A DNA stretch of 64,000 nt, taken from NCBI GenBank assembly GCA_040437565.1, contig JBDOQK010000037.1:124001-188000 (forward strand). The letters run 5' to 3'. This DNA comes from Albugo candida. Taxonomy: Eukaryota. The position numbers and the translations under genes were made by a program. The notes beneath the pieces were generated by a model, which worked only from the letters and a program-made list of their open reading frames with translations, made no database searches and was not told where the DNA came from. Below, in pieces: positions 24,001 through 35,710 of this stretch (within the stretch, counting starts at the first letter, position 1; the number at the start of each line of letters is the position of its first letter).

Positions 24001-26039
24001 GATGAAGGTGTACATGAATCTTTGGACGATCCCACCATAGACATTGGGGAAGACACTCTTGACCCACCAGTAGCCATCTTTATCGCTGGAGAGAATCCCG
24101 ATCTGATCGAGTCGGGTGTATTCTATTTCCGCGTCCTCCGCAGTGTACGAACGCGTACAGCCCCATCACCAACTGCGACCAAATTGGAGCTCGTACTGAA
24201 AGAAGGAAGCATTATCAAGTGCTCGGAACGGTATGTCGCACCTGACACGAGCCAAATATTTGTCAAATTATGGCAAGAAGATCGTTCGTCCGAAGAGCTT
24301 TGTCGATATTCAGAGGACGATACGGGTGCTTGGGCTTTCGAAAATGCTCCTGACGGCACAGTTGTACTCGAAAGACTTGCTGNNNNNNNNNNNNNNNNNN
24401 NNNNNNNNNNNNNNNNNNNNNNNNNNNNNNNNNNNNNNNNNNNNNNNNNNNNNNNNNNNNNNNNNNNNNNNNNNNNNNNNNNGGTCCATTGGGCATACTT
24501 TTTCAGGCATCTCCCGACTCGTGCCAATATCAAGCGATGGTCGACTCTCTCGTGCCTGAAAGTCAGGCGTACGTATCTCAGCAAATTCAAAGCGGGGATG
24601 TGCTCATTGCGGTGAATGGAAAGGATCTGGCTCGACTCACATTTTTTCAGAATGTTGAGAGACTCCGAGAAGCCACACGCCCAATGGTTTTACGATTTCA
24701 TCGTCCAGTGAGTAGAGATAACGAACGCCTTAAAACGGAAGGGACGGCAATTCCTTCAATGCTTCCACCGATACTCGTTCGTGCGTCCATGCATTCCTTA
24801 TCGATCATGTGGCCCAAAGTGAGTCTTTCTGGCATCCGTTATCAGCTACAATACGCATTCTTCATCGAAGGTGAAGCAATTCCATGGGATTTCGTCAAAG
24901 TGAGAGAAAATGGAGCTGCGTGTTTGGAAGAGCCCATCACGAGTTTTCTCGCAGAAGCAAGACATCAAGGACTGACTGATAAGAGTTTTGGCACCATAGC
25001 TGGTCTACGACCTGATCGAAGACTAATTTTCCGCGTTCGTTGTGGTAACTCAAGTTGGGGGTCTTATAGTGCTCCAAGTAATGTAATGCAGACTTTGCTT
25101 GGATGCTCTGATGAAGGTGTACATGAATCTTTGGACGATCCCACCATAGACATTGGGGAAGACACTCTTGACCCACCAGTAGCCATCTTTATCGCTGGAG
25201 AGAATCCCGATCTGATCGAGTCGGGTGTATTCTATTTCCGCGTCCTCCGCAGTGTACGAACGCGTACAGCCCCATCACCAACTGCGACCAAATTGGAGCT
25301 CGTACTGAAAGAAGGAAGCATTATCAAGTGCTCGGAACGGTATGTCGCACCTGACACGAGCCAAATATTTGTCAAATTATGGCAAGAAGATCGTTCGTCC
25401 GAAGAGCTTTGTCGATATTCAGAGGACGATACGGGTGCTTGGGCTTTCGAAAATGCTCCTGACGGCACAGTTGTACTCGAAAGACTTGCTGAGGAAGCAG
25501 CACTAACCAGTGCTTGTGAATTGGAATTCTCCGCCACTATAGGAAATGCAAACTCACAGGCATTTCAGCATCAAGCAAAAGCTCTGGTGACTTCTCTATT
25601 GACCGCCAGTGGATTGAGATCTCCTGCTCGAAAACCGTCCAATGGCTCAGGATCCGATTGCGAGGAATATACGGATCATTCCGAGTCGGAAAAACTGGGA
25701 AGACTGGCTCCACCACGAATACTACAGGTCTTCCCAGTGTCGTCGAGTAGTTTGATTGTGACTTGGGAGCCTACGAACGACATTGGGATCACAATGTATC
25801 AGATTCAGTATGCGAAGAATCGATTGACAGCTTTATGGCGTACAGTGAGAGAAATCATTCCGGCAGACACACTTAAATATCAGATCTCAAATCTGCAGGC
25901 GGGGACTCAGTATACGATTCGTATTCGTGGCGGGAATCGAAATGATTGGGGAATGTATAGCGAGGTGTTTGATGGATGTCGTACAATGTCTTTGGGGGAA
26001 GAGAAGGAGCAAATACATGACGATACATGTGGAGAGTAG
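21085..26039 (+). CDS. Rab-GAP TBC + rhodanese + PDZ + FN3 + SH3-like + FN3 protein (about 1281 aa after collapsing the duplicate)
   Basis: IVGDATRTR, YKQGMNE, LLLYHDPEL, WFMTLF (TBC); VVFDCR..VSILEGGF (rhodanese); GPLGI..IQSGDVLIAVNG (PDZ); two FN3 repeats. Confidence 0.88.
23374..25491. repeat. Direct duplication 23374-24382 / 24483-25491 flanking a 100-N gap
   Basis: Identical translated ORFs, offset 1109. Confidence 0.9.
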
Positions 26040-26408
26040 CGAAAGGAGGTGGAAGGAAGATTTTGACTCGTTAGATGACAGTTTAGCTAGGTTATTTTTA
26101 CAAGCGAATTACACGCTTTGGGGAGCATTTTGAGATTTGTGGTTGGCGTGGCTTATACAGGTGATACGAAGTATTATGTGTGATACGACGTTGTAGCTCT
26201 TCTAGTTGAATCATAGAGATTGTTGCTTCTGAACGAGAAAGCAGAATTGCATGAAGGCATTCTTTACCCTGATTGGTTGATCTGTGTTCTATATCATCCA
26301 ATCGCGTACACATTCTTCAGAAGATTTTCGAAGGAGCGTAAGTAGCGAGGGATACGGTACTATACTCTTATTCCCCTCGGAGCTGTTCATTTATCGAAAG
26401 ACCAAAAG

Positions 26409-27878
26409 ATGGTCGAATTATCAGATGTCGGGCTGTATGGACTTGCTGTGATGGGCCAGAATTTTGCATTGAATATGGCCTCACACGGATTCCGTGTGTC
26501 TGTGTGCAATCGTTCGCCTAATAAAGTGGACACTACGGTCGAACGCGCCAAATTGGAGGGAGATCTTCCTCTCGTTGGCTATAAAGATGTCGGAGAATTT
26601 GTTCGCTCACTATCTGTTCCCCGCAAAGTCATAATCCTCGTGATGGCTGGAAAACCTGTTGATATGACAATTTCAATCATTGCAGAGCACATGGAAGCAG
26701 GCGATATCATTGTCGATGGTGGTAACGAATGGTTCCCCAATAGCATTCGTCGAGCTGAAGAATTAAAAACTCGTGGTATAATGTTCGTTGGAATGGGGAT
26801 CTCTGGAGGGGAGGAAGGGGCACGTAATGGTCCGTCACTGATGCCTGGTGGACCACGAGAAGCTTTTGATGCATTGGAACCGATTTTGGTAAAGTGTGCG
26901 GCTCAAGTTGATGACGGAGCTTGTACGACATACTTGGGAGAAGTTGGAAGTGGGAATTATGTGAAGATGGTCCACAATGGAATTGAGTATGGAGACATGC
27001 AGCTGATCGCCGAGACGTATGATATTTTGAAGATTGCTGGTGGACTCAGCAATTCCGAGCTGGCTCAGGTATTCGCTGATTGGAACAAAAGCGAATTAGA
27101 GTCATTTTTGATTGAAATTACTGCGAACATATTTACAAAAAAAGACGATATGGGCGGAGATGCGTATCTTGTCGATCAAGTTCTAGACAAGACTGGAATG
27201 AAAGGAACTGGACGCTGGACAGTGCAAGAGGCTGCTGAGCGTTCCATTGCCGCTCCAACGATGGCAGCTGCTTTGGATTCTCGCTATCTTAGTGCACGTA
27301 AAGAGGAACGGGTCATTGCATCAAGGACATTGAATGGTCCTACCTCGATTCCTGCTGTAGACAAACAACAACTCATTGACGACGTCCGTCAAGCTCTATA
27401 TGCATCAAAAATATGCAGTTATGCTCAGGGGTTGAATCTTATTCGAGAAGCTGGAAAGCAAATGGGATGGGATATCGACTTGGGTGAATGCGCTCGCATA
27501 TGGAAAGGAGGCTGTATCATCCGCGCTGCCTTTTTGGATCGAATCAAAGCTGCTTACACGAGGAATGCATCACTCTTCAGCTTGCTTATAGACCCGGACT
27601 TTGCGCTAGAGCTAAATGCGCGTCAATGCTCTTGGCGTCGTGTGGTTTCGTTGGCGGTGGCAAGCGGTATTCCATCTCCAAGCTTATCTGCTTCTCTGAA
27701 CTATTACGACCAATTTCGAAGAGATCGGCTGCCAGCGAATCTAACGCAAGCACAACGTGACTTCTTTGGCGGACATACGTACGAGCGTATCGATCGCGAA
27801 GGCAACTTTCACTGCGAATGGACCGAAGCGCACCACAACATTGGCAACATTTCCGAGCGTGTGCGGGGTGAACTCTAA
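26409..27878 (+). CDS. gnd: 6-phosphogluconate dehydrogenase, decarboxylating
   Basis: GLAVMGQN, DGGNE, GISGGEEGARNGPSLMPGG, YVKMVHNGIEYGDMQLI, KGTGRWT, QAQRDFFGGHTY; intronless. Confidence 0.98.
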   Translation: MVELSDVGLYGLAVMGQNFALNMASHGFRVSVCNRSPNKVDTTVERAKLEGDLPLVGYKDVGEFVRSLSVPRKVIILVMAGKPVDMTISIIAEHMEAGDIIVDGGNEWFPNSIRRAEELKTRGIMFVGMGISGGEEGARNGPSLMPGGPREAFDALEPILVKCAAQVDDGACTTYLGEVGSGNYVKMVHNGIEYGDMQLIAETYDILKIAGGLSNSELAQVFADWNKSELESFLIEITANIFTKKDDMGGDAYLVDQVLDKTGMKGTGRWTVQEAAERSIAAPTMAAALDSRYLSARKEERVIASRTLNGPTSIPAVDKQQLIDDVRQALYASKICSYAQGLNLIREAGKQMGWDIDLGECARIWKGGCIIRAAFLDRIKAAYTRNASLFSLLIDPDFALELNARQCSWRRVVSLAVASGIPSPSLSASLNYYDQFRRDRLPANLTQAQRDFFGGHTYERIDREGNFHCEWTEAHHNIGNISERVRGEL

Positions 27879-28226
27879 GCGTCAACAGTCATTTGCGTCG
27901 AGAATAATAATCAATTTTGCAAGTAATATCGCATTTTGACGGAAAACTTACATGTCGCTTGCACGCAGAGGGTCAATGTGTACCCAGAAATCAGAGTATA
28001 GAGAGTAGCGACCATACTTTTTGAGAACACATTCAGACGACTTAAGGCAAATTTCGACCGAAATTTGTGCGCAAGAGTGACGTCAGTCACCAATTTCTAC
28101 CATTTGCTAAGATCATTTGTATTGCGCTGTGCGGACTGGGTAAGATCGAGCGAATTTGGAAAGAAAAATAGGGTATAAAATCATGTGAAATACTTGTCTC
28201 TGCCTCATTATAGAAACCAGCCAGCA

Positions 28227-29575
28227 ATGCCGCTCCTTCTTCGTCGGGAAGCTCCGAGTCCTTCCATCGAGCAACTCGCACAGGCTTGGGGAGGCAATGG
28301 GAATAATAGCGTTACCTGTCAGTCGAAGCCCAAATGTTTGGACGATTTGGGGGATGAAAGATCTTTCCGTAAGCAGGAATGTACTCCACCACCTAGAAAG
28401 GAAGCACGGGCGACGACGAAAGATTCAGAAAGAGAAGCGGGAGATAATAATGGAAAAAGTTTCAGAAGAAGTCGGACAGTTTTATGTCTCTCAGACGGAG
28501 AATCCGATGGAGAAAATGGCAGTCCAGAGCTTACCTTATCGGATTCACCAATTAATTCAGACAAGACTGATCCAAAGCAGGACAGTCGACCCACCCTGCT
28601 CGATCGATCTTCAATAAATAAGGCTCTAGCACGCTTAAAAATCTCAGAGGCTCACGTGGCGGCCGTAGAAAAGGAACTTCAGCGATTACGTATGGGTGTA
28701 TGTGCGCGTTTCCAATCGCATATCAAGTCGTTCTCCACTCGTATTTTCCGTTCCAATAATCGCAATTAGAGAACGTCTTTTTCGCTTTTGTTGGCAAATG
28801 TTTGTAGATTATGTCAATTTTTTTATTTCGACTGATTATGTGTTAAGTCCTACATTATCGTATCCCTATGACATCAATTGATCGAAAACAAACTTTTCGC
28901 GACTTGTTAATCGCACAGGAAGAAAGCTTCCGTGCACTAACGAAAGAATTTCATCAACAAGTGGAATGCTTCATCAAACGAACAAATCAGAATCCGCTCA
29001 CGAAAAAGGTGAGCAATGCAGCTAAGAAAGAACCAATCAATCTGCGCAATGTATCGCCAGCAACACAGCAGAACTTGCTCCAATCAAAATGTCTATTGAT
29101 TTCACAAATTTGCATGGAACTGACCCGGTCTTTCTGCAATGAGCAAGGAAGCTTACTATCTGCGGAAGTCATGCAGCAGTTTCTTCAAACTGTCAAAAAT
29201 AAAGTCAGTTTGATCCAAGATAAAGTACAGGTTCTATTCATTCTTGACTCGAGCATTATACATCGAAGATCAAAGGATCTCAATGGATCGAGTAGGAACG
29301 TCAGAATGGAAGATGGCCATACTATGTTACAGGCATTTGAATTGGCGGAAGGATTTGATCAGATTCTCGAGTGGTTGGCGTTAAGTTGCTCGTACCGCGA
29401 TCCAATCAGTCTTGAATTCACCTCGTTAGTCTTGCGCTTTCTATTGAAACATCAAGTGCAAGCGAATTCTACTCGTAAGACTCTACTTGCGCGATTACAG
29501 CAACTCGTAGCATTTGTTGAAGAAGACAACAAATCGCTTCTGAAGGAGATTATCGAAATGTATCGGAATTTCTGA
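28227..29575 (+). CDS. Hypothetical protein: disordered N-terminus, coiled coil, helical C-terminal domain (possibly TFIIS-N/Med26-like)
   Basis: Two long ORFs joinable by an intron at about 28696-28847; FELAEGFDQILEWL..LVLRFLLK resembles a TFIIS-N helix bundle (weak). Confidence 0.6.
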
Positions 29576-29936
29576 ACAATCGCATTAGGACGTAAGGCAA
29601 CATTTAATCGAACTAGTACACCTTTTCCGGCAAAAAACATTCCATTTTTCTTCCGTTTTGTGATTAGAGTTGTCGATGTTCCGCGTAAAAGCCGAATCCT
29701 GCTCTCAACATCGACGTTACAGCAGGACTACCATAGCACACATGAGCCTGTTGAAGGGAGATCTGATGTATCAGGCTGGCTAATGCGAACGATCAACAAA
29801 TTCGATCTACGACGCGTCTAAGAAATAAACGACCAGAACGGGGTTGGAAGTCAGGATAGATATGACCAACATGCGGCTAGACGTGACAACATGAAATAAC
29901 AGAGCCAGAGATCGATATTCCATGTAGTCTTATCAG

Positions 29937-30456
29937 CTACAGATTTTTGCGTAAACGAACCGTAATGTATGAGAGAAAACAGGTAAGCCGACGATGCAGC
30001 CGTTCTTTGCACTTTTGACAGTTGAGATCGGCACCAACGTTGATACGGCTCAAAACGAATCATGTCGGGAGTCATGACATGCAAGTGCTGCTGCTGCATG
30101 AGATATTTGAGATATGCAGAGCGTCATCACACACTTCCTTGCGGAGNNNNNNNNNNNNNNNNNNNNNNNNNNNNNNNNNNNNNNNNNNNNNNNNNNNNNN
30201 NNNNNNNNNNNNNNNNNNNNNNNNNNNNNNNNNNNNNNNNNNNNNNCTACAGATTTTTGCGTAAACGAACCGTAATGTATGAGAGAAAACAGGTAAGCCG
30301 ACGATGCAGCCGTTCTTTGCACTTTTGACAGTTGAGATCGGCACCAACGTTGATACGGCTCAAAACGAATCATGTCGGGAGTCATGACATGCAAGTGCTG
30401 CTGCTGCATGAGATATTTGAGATATGCAGAGCGTCATCACACACTTCCTTGCGGAG
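29937..30456. repeat. Direct duplication 29937-30146 / 30247-30456 flanking a 100-N gap
   Basis: Same sequence, offset 310. Confidence 0.9.
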
Positions 30457-30815
30457 ATACTTATTGTATCGATTGTATACGCCGAAGATGTCGCTTAGGC
30501 CTCGAAAACAGCTCAAATCTCCCTGCCGACTGCTGTAAACGAGAAATTCCCATCGATTATGTTCGGGAAGCTTTAACCTCAATCGAATTCGTAAATTATG
30601 AGCGATTCATAAACGAACGACAGGAAAACTGGAAGACCTCCACCTTGATTTCGGATCAAGAATACAAAAGCATGATCAGTTGTAACGGATGGCGTCAATG
30701 TCCGCGATGCGGTATGGGCGTTGAAAGGATCTCTGGATGTAATCATGTTGTTTGTTTCCACGGTCACGCATTTTGCTACGGTTGCGGAGAGATTAGATGT
30801 CGGTGTTACTATTGA
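30372..30815 (+). CDS. Small RBR-related E3 ligase A (RING1 + Rcat)
   Basis: CCCC..LPCGDTYCIDC..PADCCK; CPRCGMGVERISGCNHVVCFHGHAFCYGC. Confidence 0.8.
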   Translation: MSGVMTCKCCCCMRYLRYAERHHTLPCGDTYCIDCIRRRCRLGLENSSNLPADCCKREIPIDYVREALTSIEFVNYERFINERQENWKTSTLISDQEYKSMISCNGWRQCPRCGMGVERISGCNHVVCFHGHAFCYGCGEIRCRCYY

Positions 30816-32685
30816 TCAGTCACATTTAAGCAAATCCTTCATTGACCTTTGGTCTTTGAGATGAATTCGAGCAACGGATTCGCTTACATTCTACTGTTAA
30901 AAAAACACAAAATTAGGCGAAATGAAGGCGTCACACGTTCGAATTATACTATAACTATAACCATACTATTTCGATAGAAATATTGCGCCGATTGCGATCG
31001 ACATCAAGAGTGAAGATACGTTTTGTGTTGGCACACACACGGGATCTGGCCACACTCATAGCAAAACGCATGACCATAGAAACATCTCACAGACGAACAA
31101 CCGCCTGATTTCTGTACACCCACACCACAGCCTGGACATTGACGCCAACCTCTATCCTTAATTAAAGCTCCGTATTCTATATCGGACACTAAATCTGACT
31201 TTGTCCAGTTGCGATAATGGTCACTCATGTATCGCTGATACGTGTCAAAGTCCTCGGCACTCAGCGCCTCACGAACAAACTCGATAGGAATCTCAGTTTT
31301 ACAACAATGAGCCGGGACTAATGATCGATTGCGTACACCCAAACTACAGAGAACTTGGATACATTTCAAGCAAAACACATGATGGCAGGGTAAGATTCGG
31401 TGATTGATTCCCGCAAGATTTTCTGTGCAGCAGCAGCAAGTCGCCGGAGCTTTTTCTTCCTCCAAAAATACATTGCTCGTTGACTCAAGGTCTATGATAT
31501 CTTCCCTGGATGCACCCATATTGTGGATCTCTGCACTTAGCAAACTCCATGCTATTGCTTCATCAATTGCGCGTTGTTCCATTGAACGAATCTCATCNNN
31601 NNNNNNNNNNNNNNNNNNNNNNNNNNNNNNNNNNNNNNNNNNNNNNNNNNNNNNNNNNNNNNNNNNNNNNNNNNNNNNNNNNNNNNNNNNNNNNNNNTAA
31701 ACGAACGACAGGAAAACTGGAAGACCTCCACCTTGATTTCGGATCAAGAATACAAAAGCATGATCAGTTGTAACGGATGGCGTCAATGTCCGCGATGCGG
31801 TATGGGCGTTGAAAGGATCTCTGGATGTAATCATGTTGTTTGTTTCCACGGTCACGCATTTTGCTACGGTTGCGGAGAGATTAGATGTCGGTGTTACTAT
31901 TGATCAGTCACATTTAAGCAAATCCTTCATTGACCTTTGGTCTTTGAGATGAATTCGAGCAACGGATTCGCTTACATTCTACTGTTAAAAAAACACAAAA
32001 TTAGGCGAAATGAAGGCGTCACACGTTCGAATTATACTATAACTATAACCATACTATTTCGATAGAAATATTGCGCCGATTGCGATCGACATCAAGAGTG
32101 AAGATACGTTTTGTGTTGGCACACACACGGGATCTGGCCACACTCATAGCAAAACGCATGACCATAGAAACATCTCACAGACGAACAACCGCCTGATTTC
32201 TGTACACCCACACCACAGCCTGGACATTGACGCCAACCTCTATCCTTAATTAAAGCTCCGTATTCTATATCGGACACTAAATCTGACTTTGTCCAGTTGC
32301 GATAATGGTCACTCATGTATCGCTGATACGTGTCAAAGTCCTCGGCACTCAGCGCCTCACGAACAAACTCGATAGGAATCTCAGTTTTACAACAATGAGC
32401 CGGGACTAATGATCGATTGCGTACACCCAAACTACAGAGAACTTGGATACATTTCAAGCAAAACACATGATGGCAGGGTAAGATTCGGTGATTGATTCCC
32501 GCAAGATTTTCTGTGCAGCAGCAGCAAGTCGCCGGAGCTTTTTCTTCCTCCAAAAATACATTGCTCGTTGACTCAAGGTCTATGATATCTTCCCTGGATG
32601 CACCCATATTGTGGATCTCTGCACTTAGCAAACTCCATGCTATTGCTTCATCAATTGCGCGTTGTTCCATTGAACGAATCTCATC
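30610..32685. repeat. Direct duplication 30610-31597 / 31698-32685 flanking a 100-N gap
   Basis: Same sequence, offset 1088; creates a false extra partial copy of RBR gene B at 31004-31597. Confidence 0.9.
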
Positions 32686-32868
32686 TCTCTGAGCTTCCAG
32701 AGCGTACACCTGTGACAGCGTGATGCAATCTTGGACACGAGCCATCTCTTCCTCCCCATCTTCCACAACATACGTATGATCACTCACATCAGCCAGATAA
32801 GCGCCATCCTTCACTATGGTTTCCAAGCTCATTGCAATTTCGATTATGAGCACAGAATATTCATCCAA
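32092..32868 (-). CDS. Small RBR-related E3 ligase B (acidic N-terminus + RING1 + Rcat)
   Basis: CCCC..LPCHHVFCLKC..PAHCCK; CPGCGVGVQKSGGCSSVRCFYGHAFCYEC; DEAIAWSL resembles a ubiquitin-binding helix. Confidence 0.82.
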   Translation of the reverse strand: MDEYSVLIIEIAMSLETIVKDGAYLADVSDHTYVVEDGEEEMARVQDCITLSQVYALEAQRDEIRSMEQRAIDEAIAWSLLSAEIHNMGASREDIIDLESTSNVFLEEEKAPATCCCCTENLAGINHRILPCHHVFCLKCIQVLCSLGVRNRSLVPAHCCKTEIPIEFVREALSAEDFDTYQRYMSDHYRNWTKSDLVSDIEYGALIKDRGWRQCPGCGVGVQKSGGCSSVRCFYGHAFCYECGQIPCVCQHKTYLHS

Positions 32869-32929
32869 TTCACAACTGTCATGAAATATTCAGCAATGAA
32901 ATTGATATTAATCTGTATACGATTTAATG

Positions 32930-33481
32930 TCACTCATGTAATATATGCGCTACTTCTTCGTCTGGTATGAGAGCACAATTACAACTACGCCAAGTCGTCA
33001 AACACGTGTAGCAAAATTCGTGACCATTTGGACATCTCATGTGCACGCATCCCCAGTCCCGCTGAATGCCAATTCCGCACCCGGGACACTGTTTGCATTG
33101 AAAAGATCGAACAGTTTTTTTATATTCTTGATCACTCACCAAGTCGGAATATCGCCATTCTCGTTCATGAAGTAATCGCTCGTATTTAGACAAAGCTTTT
33201 TCAACGGATTTCTCGTGTCTTTCGTTGTGACGTGACGTGTATTTGACTGATGCTAATGCTTCTTCAATGTAATCAATTGGAAGCTCCATCTTGCAGCACT
33301 GCACAGGTACTAGCGAACGATCATTCAAAGCGAGTAGTGCCATCCGCTTGATGCATGCGCAGCAGTAATAATGGCCACAGGGTGCAGGTCGTACAGACCG
33401 ACTGACTCCGTAAGTTCCACAGCAGCAGCAACTGCTGTATTCATCCGTGGTCATTTGTATGTATGTCAGCAACTGCCCCAT
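32930..33481 (-). CDS. Small RBR-related E3 ligase C, N-myristoylation candidate
   Basis: First ATG gives MGQLLT; CCCC..APCGHYYCCAC..PVQCCK; CPGCGIGIQRDWGCVHMRCPNGHEFCYTC. Confidence 0.82.
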   Translation of the reverse strand: MGQLLTYIQMTTDEYSSCCCCGTYGVSRSVRPAPCGHYYCCACIKRMALLALNDRSLVPVQCCKMELPIDYIEEALASVKYTSRHNERHEKSVEKALSKYERLLHEREWRYSDLVSDQEYKKTVRSFQCKQCPGCGIGIQRDWGCVHMRCPNGHEFCYTCLTTWRSCNCALIPDEEVAHILHE

Positions 33482-33564
33482 GTAATTGTCCTGGCTCACA
33501 AAGTATGTTTACTGTGGAGTACGTCGCATAAGCGCTACTGTACAGTTGTGATGCGAGCTTTTGC

Positions 33565-35511
33565 TTACTTTTTGCCTTTCTCTTGGTTTTCATTGCGTTG
33601 AAGCGATTGCAGCGCGAGCATTCGCTCCTGCTTTTTGTTTTGTACGCAGAGATCGTCATTGATAGCGGTAAGTTCTGCGACTTTCATCTTGCTGTCAATG
33701 AGCTCACGCTGATAATAATCATTTTCGTCTTCCAATGCATTGAGTCTCGCCATAACGTCGGAATTATCGCTACATTTCGCTTCTGTTTCGGTCGATTGTG
33801 ATTTCGATTCCGTTTTTGCGACAAAAGTCTCATGCTCTGACAGTAATTTTGATCGGTCAGCGTTCATTTTTTGTAATTCGCTTGCTTGTTCATCCAGCAA
33901 TCGTCCCAATGATGCATTCCGAGCTCGTAGAGTCCCGCATTTGAATGCTAAATTCTCTAGTTCTTGTTGAGACATTGCGAGACGATTTGAGAGCGCGGTC
34001 TCGATTTTCTTTTTTTTCTTCTCATTTTTCGATAAAGCTTTCTCCAAGTCACTTGCACGGACTCTCAACGCCTCCGCCTCGAGCTTGAGCGCATCATATT
34101 CACACTTGAGATTATAGTAGCGTTCAGTTGCTTGTATCAAGTCCGACTTGCCGGTAGCAAATTCGCCTGAGAATGCTTCAAGCTGTGCCTCAAGTGCTTC
34201 CATATGCTTTTCTGACTGACTGACCTGGGTGTACGCCTCTGCTTTTTCTTGTTGTAGCTGATGGACTCGATACAGCAGATTTTCATTATCTTCTTTCGAT
34301 ACTTTCAGTTCATGATCGAGATCTCTCAGCTGCTGAAGCAGAGTTTCTTTCTCCTTGTCTGTGAGACTCAGACTTTTTCGAAACCGATCGCAGTCCTCTG
34401 ATAATCTCATCTGTTCCGATCGAGACATGTCTTCGATGCTATCCCGGTGCTTCATAAGGCGTTCCACCTCGAGTTCGAGTTGTTTGACTCGAGATCGTAA
34501 TACGACTTTATCCTTTTCGAGCGAAGTAATAACAGCAACGTGTTCTTGAATGATTTTCTGTGTCGACTCTTTTAATTCCTGCAGCTCTTCGTATCCATTC
34601 GGATCTCGTGCATCGATAAATAAATCGGTCACAGAAGAGCGATCATTCTCTCGTTCCCCCATATCGATTTCTACGAATGTGTCATGTACCTGCTCCTGCT
34701 CATAATAGTCGTCGATCCTTCTATCCTCCGTCTCTTCTTTAGCACGGATTCTTCCACATTCTGATTTCATTTGGCTCAACTCGCTCTTTAATTGTTTGAT
34801 GGTTTGGTCCTTTTGGATATTTATCTGCTGCAAGCGTTCATTCTCCATCTCCTTCTCGCGTAAATCCTCCTTCAACGCTTTGGTATGTTCATCCTCAAAC
34901 CCCACCAGTTTGGAGGCTCGCGACGCGTCTTCTTTCGACGCGATCTGATGTAATCCATTGGGACTTTTACTCGGGCTGTCTGACTTGGAAACAGATTGCT
35001 CACTATGATCAAAATGAGCCTCACCGAGTCTTTCTATTCCATCTTTGTGATCTAATGCCCGACGAAGTGAGACACGAGAGCTAAAGATTGTCAGTGAGAG
35101 AGAAGCCCCTTGATCCTGACATTTCGTCACGGGTATCATAAGACTTTCTTTCGTCGAACTTTTACCATTTTGCACCACTTCTGAAAGATTAAATTGAAAG
35201 GAAGCAACTTGTCGATTCGTATGAGCGTCAAAGATCACCAAGTCAAACATTTTTGCTTGGAACAAGCCCGTCTTGGCCAGATACAATGTGGTCGAAAAAG
35301 GGAAGATGTCACCCCATACGACCTCGCGGGTCGTGTTTTGATACAACGACGATTTACTAACAATTTTTTTCTTCTTGCGTACCAGCATTGCCGTCAATTC
35401 GGCGCCCTGACAAGCGGGTAAAGAAGCTGTCAGACGATGTACAATAAGCTGAATTTGAAAGCCAACTGCCGATTTATTTGCTCGGCCGGTCACTTGTATG
35501 AATCGCTCCAT
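33565..35511 (-). CDS. NT-type C2 domain (EEIG1/EHBP1-like) + long coiled-coil protein
   Basis: N-terminal beta-rich VVWGDIFPFSTTLY..FQAKMFDLVI..FNLSEVV; extensive heptad region. Confidence 0.75.
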   Translation of the reverse strand: MERFIQVTGRANKSAVGFQIQLIVHRLTASLPACQGAELTAMLVRKKKKIVSKSSLYQNTTREVVWGDIFPFSTTLYLAKTGLFQAKMFDLVIFDAHTNRQVASFQFNLSEVVQNGKSSTKESLMIPVTKCQDQGASLSLTIFSSRVSLRRALDHKDGIERLGEAHFDHSEQSVSKSDSPSKSPNGLHQIASKEDASRASKLVGFEDEHTKALKEDLREKEMENERLQQINIQKDQTIKQLKSELSQMKSECGRIRAKEETEDRRIDDYYEQEQVHDTFVEIDMGERENDRSSVTDLFIDARDPNGYEELQELKESTQKIIQEHVAVITSLEKDKVVLRSRVKQLELEVERLMKHRDSIEDMSRSEQMRLSEDCDRFRKSLSLTDKEKETLLQQLRDLDHELKVSKEDNENLLYRVHQLQQEKAEAYTQVSQSEKHMEALEAQLEAFSGEFATGKSDLIQATERYYNLKCEYDALKLEAEALRVRASDLEKALSKNEKKKKKIETALSNRLAMSQQELENLAFKCGTLRARNASLGRLLDEQASELQKMNADRSKLLSEHETFVAKTESKSQSTETEAKCSDNSDVMARLNALEDENDYYQRELIDSKMKVAELTAINDDLCVQNKKQERMLALQSLQRNENQEKGKK

Positions 35512-35710
35512 TCTTCCAAATGTATTATCGGGCCTTCCTCACAAAGAAAAAATGTGATTGTACCACTACAATGCGTGCGTCATAAGATCAAAGTGATATA
35601 CGATCAGCTGCAAACTCAGGAGCTATATTGATTGCGTCCTTATTTAGCTTCTATTTTCAGTCTGCTAAATTGTAATGCAAATACAGGAAAAATGAAGCCA
35701 ATTCTCTCCC

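Noticed and set aside
23374-25491. Internal tandem repeat of PDZ-FN3, or two separate genes
   Set aside because: Copies appear identical and flank a 100-N gap; collapsing them gives one continuous ORF
31004-31855. Fourth RBR paralog or chimeric 283-aa ORF
   Set aside because: Duplicate of gene B created by the gap-flanking overlap; the ORF reads through Ns
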